Virus record (IMG/VR): IMGVR_UViG_3300031555_010858 | Location: 138,637-202,636 of that record | DNA: 64,000 nt | Source of the DNA: a virus | Taxonomy: Duplodnaviria > Caudoviricetes | Strand: one strand, 5' to 3' | Shown: one piece after another, positions 52,749 through 60,908 of the stretch | Position numbering within the stretch: the first letter of the stretch is position 1 | How the letters are laid out: the number at the start of each line of letters is the position of its first letter | Notes under the pieces: generated by a model | What the model saw: only the letters and a program-made list of their open reading frames with translations | Told to the model about the DNA's origin: nothing | Databases searched by the model: none | Made by a program: the position numbers and the translations under genes

Positions 52749-52774
52749 ATATAATAGCATGAAAGGAGTTAAAA

Positions 52775-53221
52775 ATGGATAATTATAATGAATATATAGA
52801 AGAAAGAGCGTTTTTTATGTATAGTGCATATGATAGTCCACTATTAGAAGGATTTGGTAAAAAAGAACAAAGTGAACATGTTAAGATGTGTAAAGCAGGA
52901 TTCTTAAATTATTTAGAAATTAAATACGGTGACAAAGATATAAGATATGAAATTAAAAGTGCTGAGACACATGCTGAAAGAGAAAGAATAGCTAAGAAAT
53001 ATGCATCTGATTTTGAAGAATGGAAAAAACATGCCAAAAAGGTAGATTTCTCTATTGTAGGTATGTATGTTTCATCAATACTAGGGATTACAACTGGTGC
53101 ACCAACGTATTTCATAGTATTCTTTTTATTCTACGGTATGCTTATAAAAGCAGGGTTGGATTTAAATAAAAAGCGTGATGATGTTGAAATAGCTAAATAT
53201 AAAAAGAAACATAAAAAATAA
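52775..53221 (+). CDS. Hypothetical protein with C-terminal hydrophobic hairpin (late-type promoter)
   Basis: SD AAGGAG; acidic N-terminus, two short hydrophobic segments, basic tail. Confidence 0.65.
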   Translation: MDNYNEYIEERAFFMYSAYDSPLLEGFGKKEQSEHVKMCKAGFLNYLEIKYGDKDIRYEIKSAETHAERERIAKKYASDFEEWKKHAKKVDFSIVGMYVSSILGITTGAPTYFIVFFLFYGMLIKAGLDLNKKRDDVEIAKYKKKHKK

Positions 53222-53244
53222 ATTATTATAAGGAGTGTTATGTT

Positions 53245-53928
53245 ATGCAATTATTTTTAACTAGTGTATCAGGTGGAGTTGAGTCAATAGATTATCTAAA
53301 AGAAAATATTAATAATAGAACACAACTAGTAATATTACCTTTAGCACATGATTTTAATTATATTAAAGATGCCGAGGGTGTTTATAAACATTATGATAGG
53401 GATTTATTTAATAAAGAATCGATATATTGGAGGACTGCAAAACCGTTTATTGATATAGGTATAAATCCTGATAGAATAGTGGTAATAAATATATATGCAG
53501 ATCCAATACCATTAATAAAACAGAAATTGTTAGCTGATAATACAATTGTATATTTACCTGGAGGATTTCCTGAAAATATAGTTAAATTATTACATGAATT
53601 TAGATTAATAGAAACTATTAAACAATGTAAAATAGTTGTAGGAGAATCGGCAGGTTCTATGTTTTGGTGTAAGAAATTTTTCGTGTATCCAGATCACGAT
53701 TATAAAAAATATAAAACTTTTAGAGGAATTAATATGACAAAAGGATTTGTTATAATACCTCATTATAATAAAGAAGATAATAAACAAGCTCAAAAGATAT
53801 TAGCCTCAACTAGAAAATTTAAAAAATTACATAAGGAAAAAGTATTTTTAATTAAAGATGGTGGTTGGGTGTGGTATGATCACGATAAAAAGAAAATAAT
53901 AGCCTATAAAGATTGTAGTATCAGATAG
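53245..53928 (+). CDS. Peptidase S51 (peptidase E-like, class I GATase fold)
   Basis: YLPGG, GESAGS nucleophile elbow and IIPHY motifs. Confidence 0.8.
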   Translation: MQLFLTSVSGGVESIDYLKENINNRTQLVILPLAHDFNYIKDAEGVYKHYDRDLFNKESIYWRTAKPFIDIGINPDRIVVINIYADPIPLIKQKLLADNTIVYLPGGFPENIVKLLHEFRLIETIKQCKIVVGESAGSMFWCKKFFVYPDHDYKKYKTFRGINMTKGFVIIPHYNKEDNKQAQKILASTRKFKKLHKEKVFLIKDGGWVWYDHDKKKIIAYKDCSIR

Positions 53929-53954
53929 ATACCTTATGGTATCTATCTTTTTTT
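53923..53954 (+). terminator. Intrinsic terminator
   Basis: AGATAGATACC / GGTATCTATCT plus T-run. Confidence 0.7.
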
Positions 53955-53963
53955 ATGTTCCAA

Positions 53964-53975
53964 AACAATTGACTA
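53964..53975 (+). promoter_or_regulatory. AR9-type promoter AACA-N6-TA
   Basis: AACA-ATTGAC-TA upstream of the RNAP-subunit operon. Confidence 0.65.
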
Positions 53976-54014
53976 AGGACAATATGAAATTATATATGAA
54001 AGGAGTAATTATTT

Positions 54015-55217
54015 ATGGCTGATCCAAAATCAACACATATTTACGATAATTTATATCCTAAAATAAATACTGCACTTGGAAGCCCTGCAAATGTAAGGAA
54101 AGTACAAGAATTCTTTAGTAATGTAAAAGGTAACCAAGTTAATTTTGAAGCGTTGAGTATGTCAGTACCGTATAAGAGTTTATTTATACATCATAAGGAG
54201 GAAGAAAAATATTTTGATGCGATAGGTATTTCAAGTCAAGAGATCATGCATGTTATTACTTCATCTCCACACATACCTAAAGATAGTTGGTTTACAGTAA
54301 AAAATCCTATGTATATGTCTTTATTAATAGTTGCATTGTGTTTTAAGAATAGAAAGAATGAGCAAATGTTTAAAGCAGTTATGCAACTATGGTCGATATA
54401 TATGTATAAGAACGTTAAATCAAAATATTTCAATCCTAGAAAAACTAGTGAGAATGCATTAAATTGTATGAACTTTACTATAAACAGATTATCTTATAAG
54501 AACGATTTAAAGAAATATAAAAATATAGAAGAAACTATAAATAAAAAAACAGAAGTGTTTATAGATAACTGGTTTAAAGAAAGAAAAAAAGAACTTGAAG
54601 GTAAAGTTACTGATGAAACATTGTGTAATATGATAAATGATAACCATAGAAGATATGATACATTATTTAAAAACTTCTACGCAGAATTTAAAAAAGACCT
54701 AGATAGTGGTAATTACTTAAACGTAGACCATGATGTTGATACAGAAGACGAATATATTGAATCAGATAACGTATCATTTATGGTTGAAAAGAATACGCAA
54801 AAAGTTATGAATAAATTTATATTAACAACATATCCTAACGGTAAGATAATGGAACAAGTTGCTTCAAGAGAACCAGGATGTTCTATAAATAACCTTAGAA
54901 ATATGATGAACTATATATACGATAATCATGAAAAAGAATTTGAAAAACTAGTAAGAGTTATAATTCAAATATACTTATTCGAATATAAAAAGAAAGTTGA
55001 TGACTTAAAAACATTTGATTTTGAACTTACAATGAGAGCACATTTTAAAAAACAAAGTGTTGGGGATAAAAACTTAAATGAACTTAAATCTATAATAGAC
55101 GATATAGTTGATAAATCAGGTTTAAGTAAAAAGATAACCAGAGCTGCGACACTTAATGATTGTAAGAGAGGTTTAATGTTATATGTTATAATATACATCA
55201 GATATTCTTTATTATAG
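54015..55217 (+). CDS. Hypothetical protein co-transcribed with the RNAP subunit
   Basis: 400 aa; SD AAGGAG; shares a promoter (53964) and terminator (55948) with the next gene. Confidence 0.75.
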   Translation: MADPKSTHIYDNLYPKINTALGSPANVRKVQEFFSNVKGNQVNFEALSMSVPYKSLFIHHKEEEKYFDAIGISSQEIMHVITSSPHIPKDSWFTVKNPMYMSLLIVALCFKNRKNEQMFKAVMQLWSIYMYKNVKSKYFNPRKTSENALNCMNFTINRLSYKNDLKKYKNIEETINKKTEVFIDNWFKERKKELEGKVTDETLCNMINDNHRRYDTLFKNFYAEFKKDLDSGNYLNVDHDVDTEDEYIESDNVSFMVEKNTQKVMNKFILTTYPNGKIMEQVASREPGCSINNLRNMMNYIYDNHEKEFEKLVRVIIQIYLFEYKKKVDDLKTFDFELTMRAHFKKQSVGDKNLNELKSIIDDIVDKSGLSKKITRAATLNDCKRGLMLYVIIYIRYSLL

Positions 55218-55232
55218 AAAGGAGTAATATAA

Positions 55233-55949
55233 ATGATAGATAAAGCTAGAAGAAAAGAAATGGAAAATTTAATTTATAATTTCTTTGATTTATTTGATCC
55301 ATCTGGTAGAAATACAGAATATTATAGAAATTTATTTAAAGGTATGGACGATGCTAAATTTGATAACTATTTTAAAAACTTATTTAAACAAGATGATCCA
55401 TATCTAACAGCTACTATGGTGGATTATGAGAATCCATTATTAATAGAAAATATAGAAAAAGCTGCTAAGTTTTTAAAAGTTCCTTTATTTGAAAGAGTTG
55501 TATTACCATATGCAAGTGAAGATCCAAGTAAACCTGTAATAACAAAGCATGAGTGTTTAGTTGGATATCTTAATATGAAACGTCTACAACAAATAAACTT
55601 TAAGAAATTAGGACTTTCTACAGACATAAGTGAAAGAAATATGATAACTGGTCAGGTTACAGGTCATGATAAAAACTCAAGAAACTCAGACCAAGAAACT
55701 ACTGCATTACTTACTTATGGTGCTAACGTATCACTAAAAGAATTAATGTCTATGAGAGCTGATGATAAGGTAATGAAAGACGAAATGAATAAAAAAATTG
55801 CTAGAGATGGTTATGTTGCAATGAACGAATTAACAGATAAACTTTCTAATAAAACTACTTTAAACTCTGCAGCAGTATTCTTTATGGGTGCAGGATTAAT
55901 GACTGACCTTGTAATGAATGATTATATGTTACCTAAAACATTAGATTAG
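55233..55949 (+). CDS. Split multisubunit RNA polymerase beta subunit, C-terminal fragment (phiKZ/AR9-type, probably virion RNAP)
   Basis: VGYLNMKRLQQ...RNMITGQVTG...SRNSDQETTALLTYGANVSLKELMSMRADD aligns by eye with RpoB GYMYxLKLxH...YSLVTQQPLGG...QRFGEMEVWALxAYGAxxTLQEMLTVKSDD. Confidence 0.75.
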   Translation: MIDKARRKEMENLIYNFFDLFDPSGRNTEYYRNLFKGMDDAKFDNYFKNLFKQDDPYLTATMVDYENPLLIENIEKAAKFLKVPLFERVVLPYASEDPSKPVITKHECLVGYLNMKRLQQINFKKLGLSTDISERNMITGQVTGHDKNSRNSDQETTALLTYGANVSLKELMSMRADDKVMKDEMNKKIARDGYVAMNELTDKLSNKTTLNSAAVFFMGAGLMTDLVMNDYMLPKTLD

Positions 55950-55980
55950 AATATGCCTTTTGGCATATTCTTTTTTTTTT
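55948..55980 (+). terminator. Intrinsic terminator
   Basis: AGAATATGCC / GGCATATTCT plus T-run. Confidence 0.75.
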
Positions 55981-55993
55981 GTAATTCTCATAA

Positions 55994-56019
55994 TTTCAAT
56001 ACCATATTATGTACATGAA
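55994..56019 (+). promoter_or_regulatory. Early-type phage promoter motif
   Basis: TTTCAATACCATATTAT-GTACA-TGAA. Confidence 0.7.
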
Positions 56020-56048
56020 TAAGACAAATAATTAAGGAGGATGGTAAT

Positions 56049-56735
56049 ATGAAACATACATTAAATATATATTTAGAGACAAAAGGAAGACAATTTAAAG
56101 AAATAAATGAAAAAGAATTAGATAGATTTATAGAAATAACAATAGAAAAATATAAAAAGTTTGATGGAGCACATGATGATAAACATGCAAGAATGGTTAT
56201 AAAGAACTCAGAATATATAGCAGCAAACATGATGAAAGACGAGAAAATAAAATTAGATATGAGAATGGTTAAAGTAATAGCAGCAATGCACGATTTAGGA
56301 TTAGCGTATGATAGAGAAACACACCATACTAAATCAGGAGAAATAGTAAGAAAAGAAAAAGAATTAAGAAGATTCTTTTCAGAGGAACAAATAGAATTAA
56401 TAGCAAAATCAGTAGAAGAACATAGAGCAAGTTATAAAGGTGAGTATACAAGTGTTTATAGTAAAATAGTTTCAGATGCAGATAGAATGAATGATATAAA
56501 CACAATGATAGAAAGAACTTATAAATGGAATAGAAAACATTATCCAGATAAAAATGATAAAGAAATATATGATGAAGTAATATCACATTTACAAGATAAA
56601 TATGGAGAAAAAGGATATGCTAGATTTAATACAAAATATGCAGAAGACGTATTAAACCAATCAAGAAAAATAATAATGAATAATGAAGAATTCGATAAAA
56701 TATATAAAGATATGTATGGAATGCCATGGAAATAA
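56049..56735 (+). CDS. HD-domain phosphohydrolase
   Basis: HxxxH, AAMHDLG, HH, EHRAS and SDADR motifs. Confidence 0.85.
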   Translation: MKHTLNIYLETKGRQFKEINEKELDRFIEITIEKYKKFDGAHDDKHARMVIKNSEYIAANMMKDEKIKLDMRMVKVIAAMHDLGLAYDRETHHTKSGEIVRKEKELRRFFSEEQIELIAKSVEEHRASYKGEYTSVYSKIVSDADRMNDINTMIERTYKWNRKHYPDKNDKEIYDEVISHLQDKYGEKGYARFNTKYAEDVLNQSRKIIMNNEEFDKIYKDMYGMPWK

Positions 56736-56759
56736 GATGCATAAGCATCTTATTTTTTT
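56731..56759 (+). terminator. Intrinsic terminator
   Basis: AATAAGATGC / GCATCTTATT plus T-run. Confidence 0.7.
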
Positions 56760-56770
56760 ATAACGTATAT

Positions 56771-56782
56771 AACAAATATTTA
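56771..56782 (+). promoter_or_regulatory. AR9-type promoter AACA-N6-TA
   Basis: AACA-AATATT-TA upstream of the lipoprotein. Confidence 0.6.
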
Positions 56783-56800
56783 GAAAGGGGATTGGTGTAA

Positions 56801-57280
56801 ATGAAAAAGATGATAATTGGAAAATTGATAAAAAACATAGCAATTATAGGTTTAGCCCTTATTTTAACTTTATGTTGTTTAGGGTTAACAGGATGTCAAA
56901 ATAATGAACCTGAACCATCAAAAGAAAATATTCAACAAGAACTTGATGTTGTTGTTTTAGAACAAGAATATTTCGCAATAATGAGATTGATAGATAATGT
57001 ATTATTTACAATAACAGAGGACGAAGATTTAACAATGAACGATGCCATTAAGTTATTTGATTATATGACAAAAAATAGAATCAAACCAACACAAAAACTA
57101 ACTATAGAATTAGATAAATGCTTAGACGATTTAATGGATCTAGGATTAAAATATACAATAGCTGCAAATGAACAAGAAAAAACTAAAGTAGCAGAAGAAA
57201 TAACATTAATATTAAATAGAATGAATGAACTAATGATTGAAATAGAAGAAATAATAAATAATAATTACGAGTTTATATAA
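56801..57280 (+). CDS. Lipoprotein
   Basis: Basic N-terminus, hydrophobic core and lipobox LTGC. Confidence 0.75.
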   Translation: MKKMIIGKLIKNIAIIGLALILTLCCLGLTGCQNNEPEPSKENIQQELDVVVLEQEYFAIMRLIDNVLFTITEDEDLTMNDAIKLFDYMTKNRIKPTQKLTIELDKCLDDLMDLGLKYTIAANEQEKTKVAEEITLILNRMNELMIEIEEIINNNYEFI

Positions 57281-57295
57281 TTTTATTTATGGTAT

Positions 57296-57307
57296 AACAA
57301 ATTAGTA
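57296..57307 (+). promoter_or_regulatory. AR9-type promoter AACA-N6-TA
   Basis: AACA-AATTAG-TA upstream of the sortase substrate. Confidence 0.6.
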
Positions 57308-57354
57308 AATAAAATAGCAACGAGGTAAAAAATAATTTAAAAGGAGAGATTTAT

Positions 57355-58209
57355 ATGAATAAAAAAATTAAAAGTTTATTAGTAGCAGGATTATTAGTAG
57401 TAGGAATGGGTTTTGGAACAGTTGATTCATATGCCGCAGAAATGACGAATAGTATAACAGAATTTAATTATGTTGACATAGATGGTGGACCTGTTGCAAG
57501 TGTTCACAGTCTTGAAGATGGAAACATAACGATAACTATTCGTAATGTAGGTGGATATTCAGGACACCCAGAAGGAACACATGAAATTTCTGCAAATTGG
57601 GATACAACTAAGATAGATATGAAGTCTATAGACGTAGTAACTATGTATAATGCTATAGAAGAAAGTAAACAAACAACTAAGTTAGAACTACAAGATGGGA
57701 AGGCTTTTTTACGTATTAAAGTTGACATAGAGCAAGCTATCGATGCAATTAATCTTGAATACGAATTAGCTGGTAGTTCTAGTGGAGAAGAACAAGAACC
57801 AACTGTATCATTTGACGATGCTGAACAAAAGGTTATAAATAAATACAGAGAATCTATGGCAGCAGTTGGTGTTTTAAATAATGGGGAAAGACAAATAGAT
57901 ACAAGTTTTATGATAGAAAAGAAAGCTTGGCTTGAGTTTATAGAAGGTGTAAACGAAGCTGATAATTATGTTACAATAGAAGAAGGAAATGAAAAAGGAG
58001 AATATCACGTATATACAAATGTAAGTGAAGAAAAGAAACTTATTGAAGTTATATTTATAGATTTCTTTGAATCAGATGCAAAAGGATGGGTGCCTGAAAT
58101 AACTCCTGGAACTGGGCAAGCAATAGCAGTAGGTGGAATGGCTGTGCTTGCAGCTGCAGGTGTAGGATTATTAGTTAATAATAAAAAGAAAAAAGATGAA
58201 GAAAAATAG
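57355..58209 (+). CDS. Secreted, sortase-anchored cell-wall protein
   Basis: Sec signal peptide (MNKKIKSLLVAGLLVVG...SYA); C-terminal sorting signal TPGTG, TM helix and KKKK tail. Confidence 0.8.
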   Translation: MNKKIKSLLVAGLLVVGMGFGTVDSYAAEMTNSITEFNYVDIDGGPVASVHSLEDGNITITIRNVGGYSGHPEGTHEISANWDTTKIDMKSIDVVTMYNAIEESKQTTKLELQDGKAFLRIKVDIEQAIDAINLEYELAGSSSGEEQEPTVSFDDAEQKVINKYRESMAAVGVLNNGERQIDTSFMIEKKAWLEFIEGVNEADNYVTIEEGNEKGEYHVYTNVSEEKKLIEVIFIDFFESDAKGWVPEITPGTGQAIAVGGMAVLAAAGVGLLVNNKKKKDEEK

Positions 58210-58211
58210 GT

Positions 58212-58245
58212 TAGAAAGAGCCTTTTAGGCTCTTTCTATTTTTTT
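58212..58245 (+). terminator. Intrinsic terminator between the sortase substrate and sortase
   Basis: TAGAAAGAGCC / GGCTCTTTCTA plus T-run. Confidence 0.7.
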
Positions 58246-58262
58246 ATTGGGAGTTGATTAAT

Positions 58263-58916
58263 GTGAGAAAAATATTTAGATGGTTAATTAATATAATATT
58301 GATAATGGTAATTATAGTTTATGCTCAACCTATAATTAATGTTATTGAAGATAGTTATCAAAGTCATAAAGCATATAAAGAAGCAGCTAAAGAAAAAGAA
58401 GCATTATTAACTAAATTCGATTGGATTACTATTACGAATACTAAAATAAATTATCCTGTTGCATGGAAAGAAAAAGATAATTTTTATTACCTTTCACATG
58501 ATATATATGATAGAGAATCTAGCCACGGAGCTATATTCTATGAAGGATCAAGAGTTCCTTTTTCTAGTCATGTGACTATATTATACGGACATTGTATGAG
58601 AGATAAAAGCATGTTTGCAACATTACATTATTTACGTGAAGATGAAACTAAATTTAAAGAGTCTAATGTTGTTATAGAAAGATCTGATGGAACTATTAAA
58701 AAATATAAACCATTAGGATTATATGTAACAAATAACAATTTCTATTATACTAAGTTATGCTCTATACCGTTAGGTGAAGGTATACAAACTATCCAAGAAA
58801 ACTCCAAATATTTTATACCAACGTTATATGATGAAGACGATGAAATATTAGTTCTTATGACATGTTCATATGAACATGAAGGTGATAGATTATTTGTATT
58901 TTATATATCGGAATAA
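58263..58916 (+). CDS. srtB: Class B sortase
   Basis: N-terminal TM anchor; WITI..TKINYPV, DNFYYLSHD, GAIF, ILYGH, MF..L and LMTC...R (His-Cys-Arg triad). GTG at 58263 or TTG at 58254. Confidence 0.85.
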   Translation: MRKIFRWLINIILIMVIIVYAQPIINVIEDSYQSHKAYKEAAKEKEALLTKFDWITITNTKINYPVAWKEKDNFYYLSHDIYDRESSHGAIFYEGSRVPFSSHVTILYGHCMRDKSMFATLHYLREDETKFKESNVVIERSDGTIKKYKPLGLYVTNNNFYYTKLCSIPLGEGIQTIQENSKYFIPTLYDEDDEILVLMTCSYEHEGDRLFVFYISE

Positions 58917-58936
58917 TGAACTGTAAAAAGGCATAA

Positions 58937-58962
58937 TTTCAATGCTATATTATATAGATGAA
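58937..58962 (+). promoter_or_regulatory. Early-type phage promoter motif
   Basis: TTTCAATGCTATATTAT-ATAGA-TGAA. Confidence 0.7.
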
Positions 58963-58992
58963 ATATAATAATTATATTTGGAGGTTGATATT

Positions 58993-59523
58993 ATGAAAAA
59001 GAATTTAAATGGTTATGGAAAACAATTTAAAGGAAATCATAGTGACGAACCTACAGATAAACAAAAGAATATTATTAAGAAATTAAGAGCTTATTATGGA
59101 TTTAATAAGATTCCTGAATGTGAAACAAAAGGAGAAGCGTGGATGCTTATTAATAAATATCAACATGTAGTAAAATATGATAAAGTAAAAAATGAATTTT
59201 ATATTGAAGACAACGTAGTAAATAATAAAACATGTTATAGAATGATAAACGAAGATGAATATGAATGTCTAAGATTAGTTAAACAAATGAGAGATTTATT
59301 AACAGGAAAAGAGCTAGATGATTATGAAGAACTTATAAGTTATCTAGGAGATTATTCAATAATAAAAGAAGTTTCACAATATATGATAGAACAGAGAATA
59401 AAAGCAGAAGCTGAGATGGAAGATGAAGAATTCGATTATGACGACGATTATGATATGTATGATCCTTATGATATGTCTACATGGGATGACAATGATTGGA
59501 TAAATTTTGAATTAGAACATTAA
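58993..59523 (+). CDS. Hypothetical early protein with acidic C-tail
   Basis: ATG at 58993 after SD GGAGGT; directly after an early-type promoter. Confidence 0.7.
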   Translation: MKKNLNGYGKQFKGNHSDEPTDKQKNIIKKLRAYYGFNKIPECETKGEAWMLINKYQHVVKYDKVKNEFYIEDNVVNNKTCYRMINEDEYECLRLVKQMRDLLTGKELDDYEELISYLGDYSIIKEVSQYMIEQRIKAEAEMEDEEFDYDDDYDMYDPYDMSTWDDNDWINFELEH

Positions 59524-59575
59524 AATAGCCAGTAATTTAAATTAAAATAAATAAAAAAATTTAGGAGGTAATTAT

Positions 59576-60484
59576 ATGAAAAATATAAATGGATTTTTAA
59601 ATGAAATGAGTTATGATTTAACAATGAATGAATTAGAAAACATAGTAATAGAATATCAACCAGTAATAATAGATTTCATAGTTAACAATCAATATAACTA
59701 TAAGATGAAAAGAGAATTTGAAGAAGTGTGTTCAGTAATAAGAGGAAATAAATTCTTTAAAACAATTTCATTATTAATACAATCTGAAGATGATAGAATC
59801 AATTATGATATGGCATATGTATTATATACAGCAACACATTTATCAGATGACGAAGAACTTAAAGGTGATGCTTTCATGTTAGGATACAGATTAAGAGAAA
59901 GAGAATTAGGAAGTGAAATAACAGGACATCTAGAAACAGATATAGCAATATTAATAGCTTCTGTAAAAGCAATAAGAAGTTATAATGTAACACCATTCTT
60001 TAGAACTAAAGAAGTTGAAAACATATTAGAAAATCTTCCAGAAGTATTATATAATGCTTATAACGAAAAATATGATGCTAAACAAGTAAATGAGAATGTT
60101 ATATCAGCAATAATAACACAAGCTGTTTTAGATGTAAAAGCTGAAGAAATAATAACAGCTTTCTGTAAAACAGACGTTGATAAAAATATAAAACCAGAAT
60201 ATAAACCATATGTTACAAGATTACAAGCATTTATATATAAAGTTTGTGCAAGTGTTCCAGAACAATTATTCATGAACGCTTTAGGTAAAGCTTGTAATTC
60301 TATAAACAAATATAATGAGAGAACAAACTCTAATAATACATTTATGGATAAATATTTAAATTATAAACTATTAGAAAAATTAGTTCAAAGTAAAGATGTT
60401 AAATTACCACAAGGTATGAAAACAGCTTATAGTAGATTAACAAAATTCAAAAATAATAATAAGAAATTTGAGTATATATTCTAA
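59576..60484 (+). CDS. Hypothetical protein
   Basis: SD AGGAGGT; 302 aa. Confidence 0.75.
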   Translation: MKNINGFLNEMSYDLTMNELENIVIEYQPVIIDFIVNNQYNYKMKREFEEVCSVIRGNKFFKTISLLIQSEDDRINYDMAYVLYTATHLSDDEELKGDAFMLGYRLRERELGSEITGHLETDIAILIASVKAIRSYNVTPFFRTKEVENILENLPEVLYNAYNEKYDAKQVNENVISAIITQAVLDVKAEEIITAFCKTDVDKNIKPEYKPYVTRLQAFIYKVCASVPEQLFMNALGKACNSINKYNERTNSNNTFMDKYLNYKLLEKLVQSKDVKLPQGMKTAYSRLTKFKNNNKKFEYIF

Positions 60485-60494
60485 GGAGAAATTA

Positions 60495-60626
60495 ATGAGT
60501 AATTTAGGAAAATATTTAATAGCTGCAGGTTCAGTATATGCTGGACCTGCAACTAAAAAAGAAATAAAAACAAATCATTTTTTTAAAATAATAAAAGGAG
60601 TTATAGCATGGGTAAAAAAGATTTAA
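60495..60626 (+). CDS. Possible 43-aa protein, not in the ORF track
   Basis: SD AAGGAG and ATG at 60495; fills the gap and overlaps the infA start. Confidence 0.4.
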   Translation: MSNLGKYLIAAGSVYAGPATKKEIKTNHFFKIIKGVIAWVKKI

Positions 60627-60826
60627 TGAAATTAACAGGAACTGTAATAAAATGTTTGCCAGGGGCAAAGTTTGTAGTAAAAGCTGATGACGTTGAAGTT
60701 ACAGCTACATGTACTCTATCTGGTAAACTTAGACAAAATAAAATAACTATAGTAGAAAACGATAAAGTTGATTTTGAAATATCTGTTTATGATATAAGTA
60801 CAGGAAGAATAGTTTGGAGACATTAA
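60608..60826 (+). CDS. infA: Translation initiation factor IF-1
   Basis: 72 aa; GTVIKCLPGAKF...LSGKLRQNKITIVENDKV...SVYDISTGRIVWR. Confidence 0.9.
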   Translation: MGKKDLMKLTGTVIKCLPGAKFVVKADDVEVTATCTLSGKLRQNKITIVENDKVDFEISVYDISTGRIVWRH

Positions 60827-60828
60827 TT

Positions 60829-60859
60829 AATAAGGAGAGAAATCTCCTTATTATTTTTT
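60829..60859 (+). terminator. Intrinsic terminator after infA
   Basis: AATAAGGAGA / TCTCCTTATT plus T-run. Confidence 0.65.
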
Positions 60860-60870
60860 ATGTTCCAAAT

Positions 60871-60882
60871 AACAAATATTTA
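60871..60882 (+). promoter_or_regulatory. AR9-type promoter AACA-N6-TA
   Basis: AACA-AATATT-TA. Confidence 0.6.
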
Positions 60883-60908
60883 GAATAAAAATAAGGGAGG
60901 TATTATTT

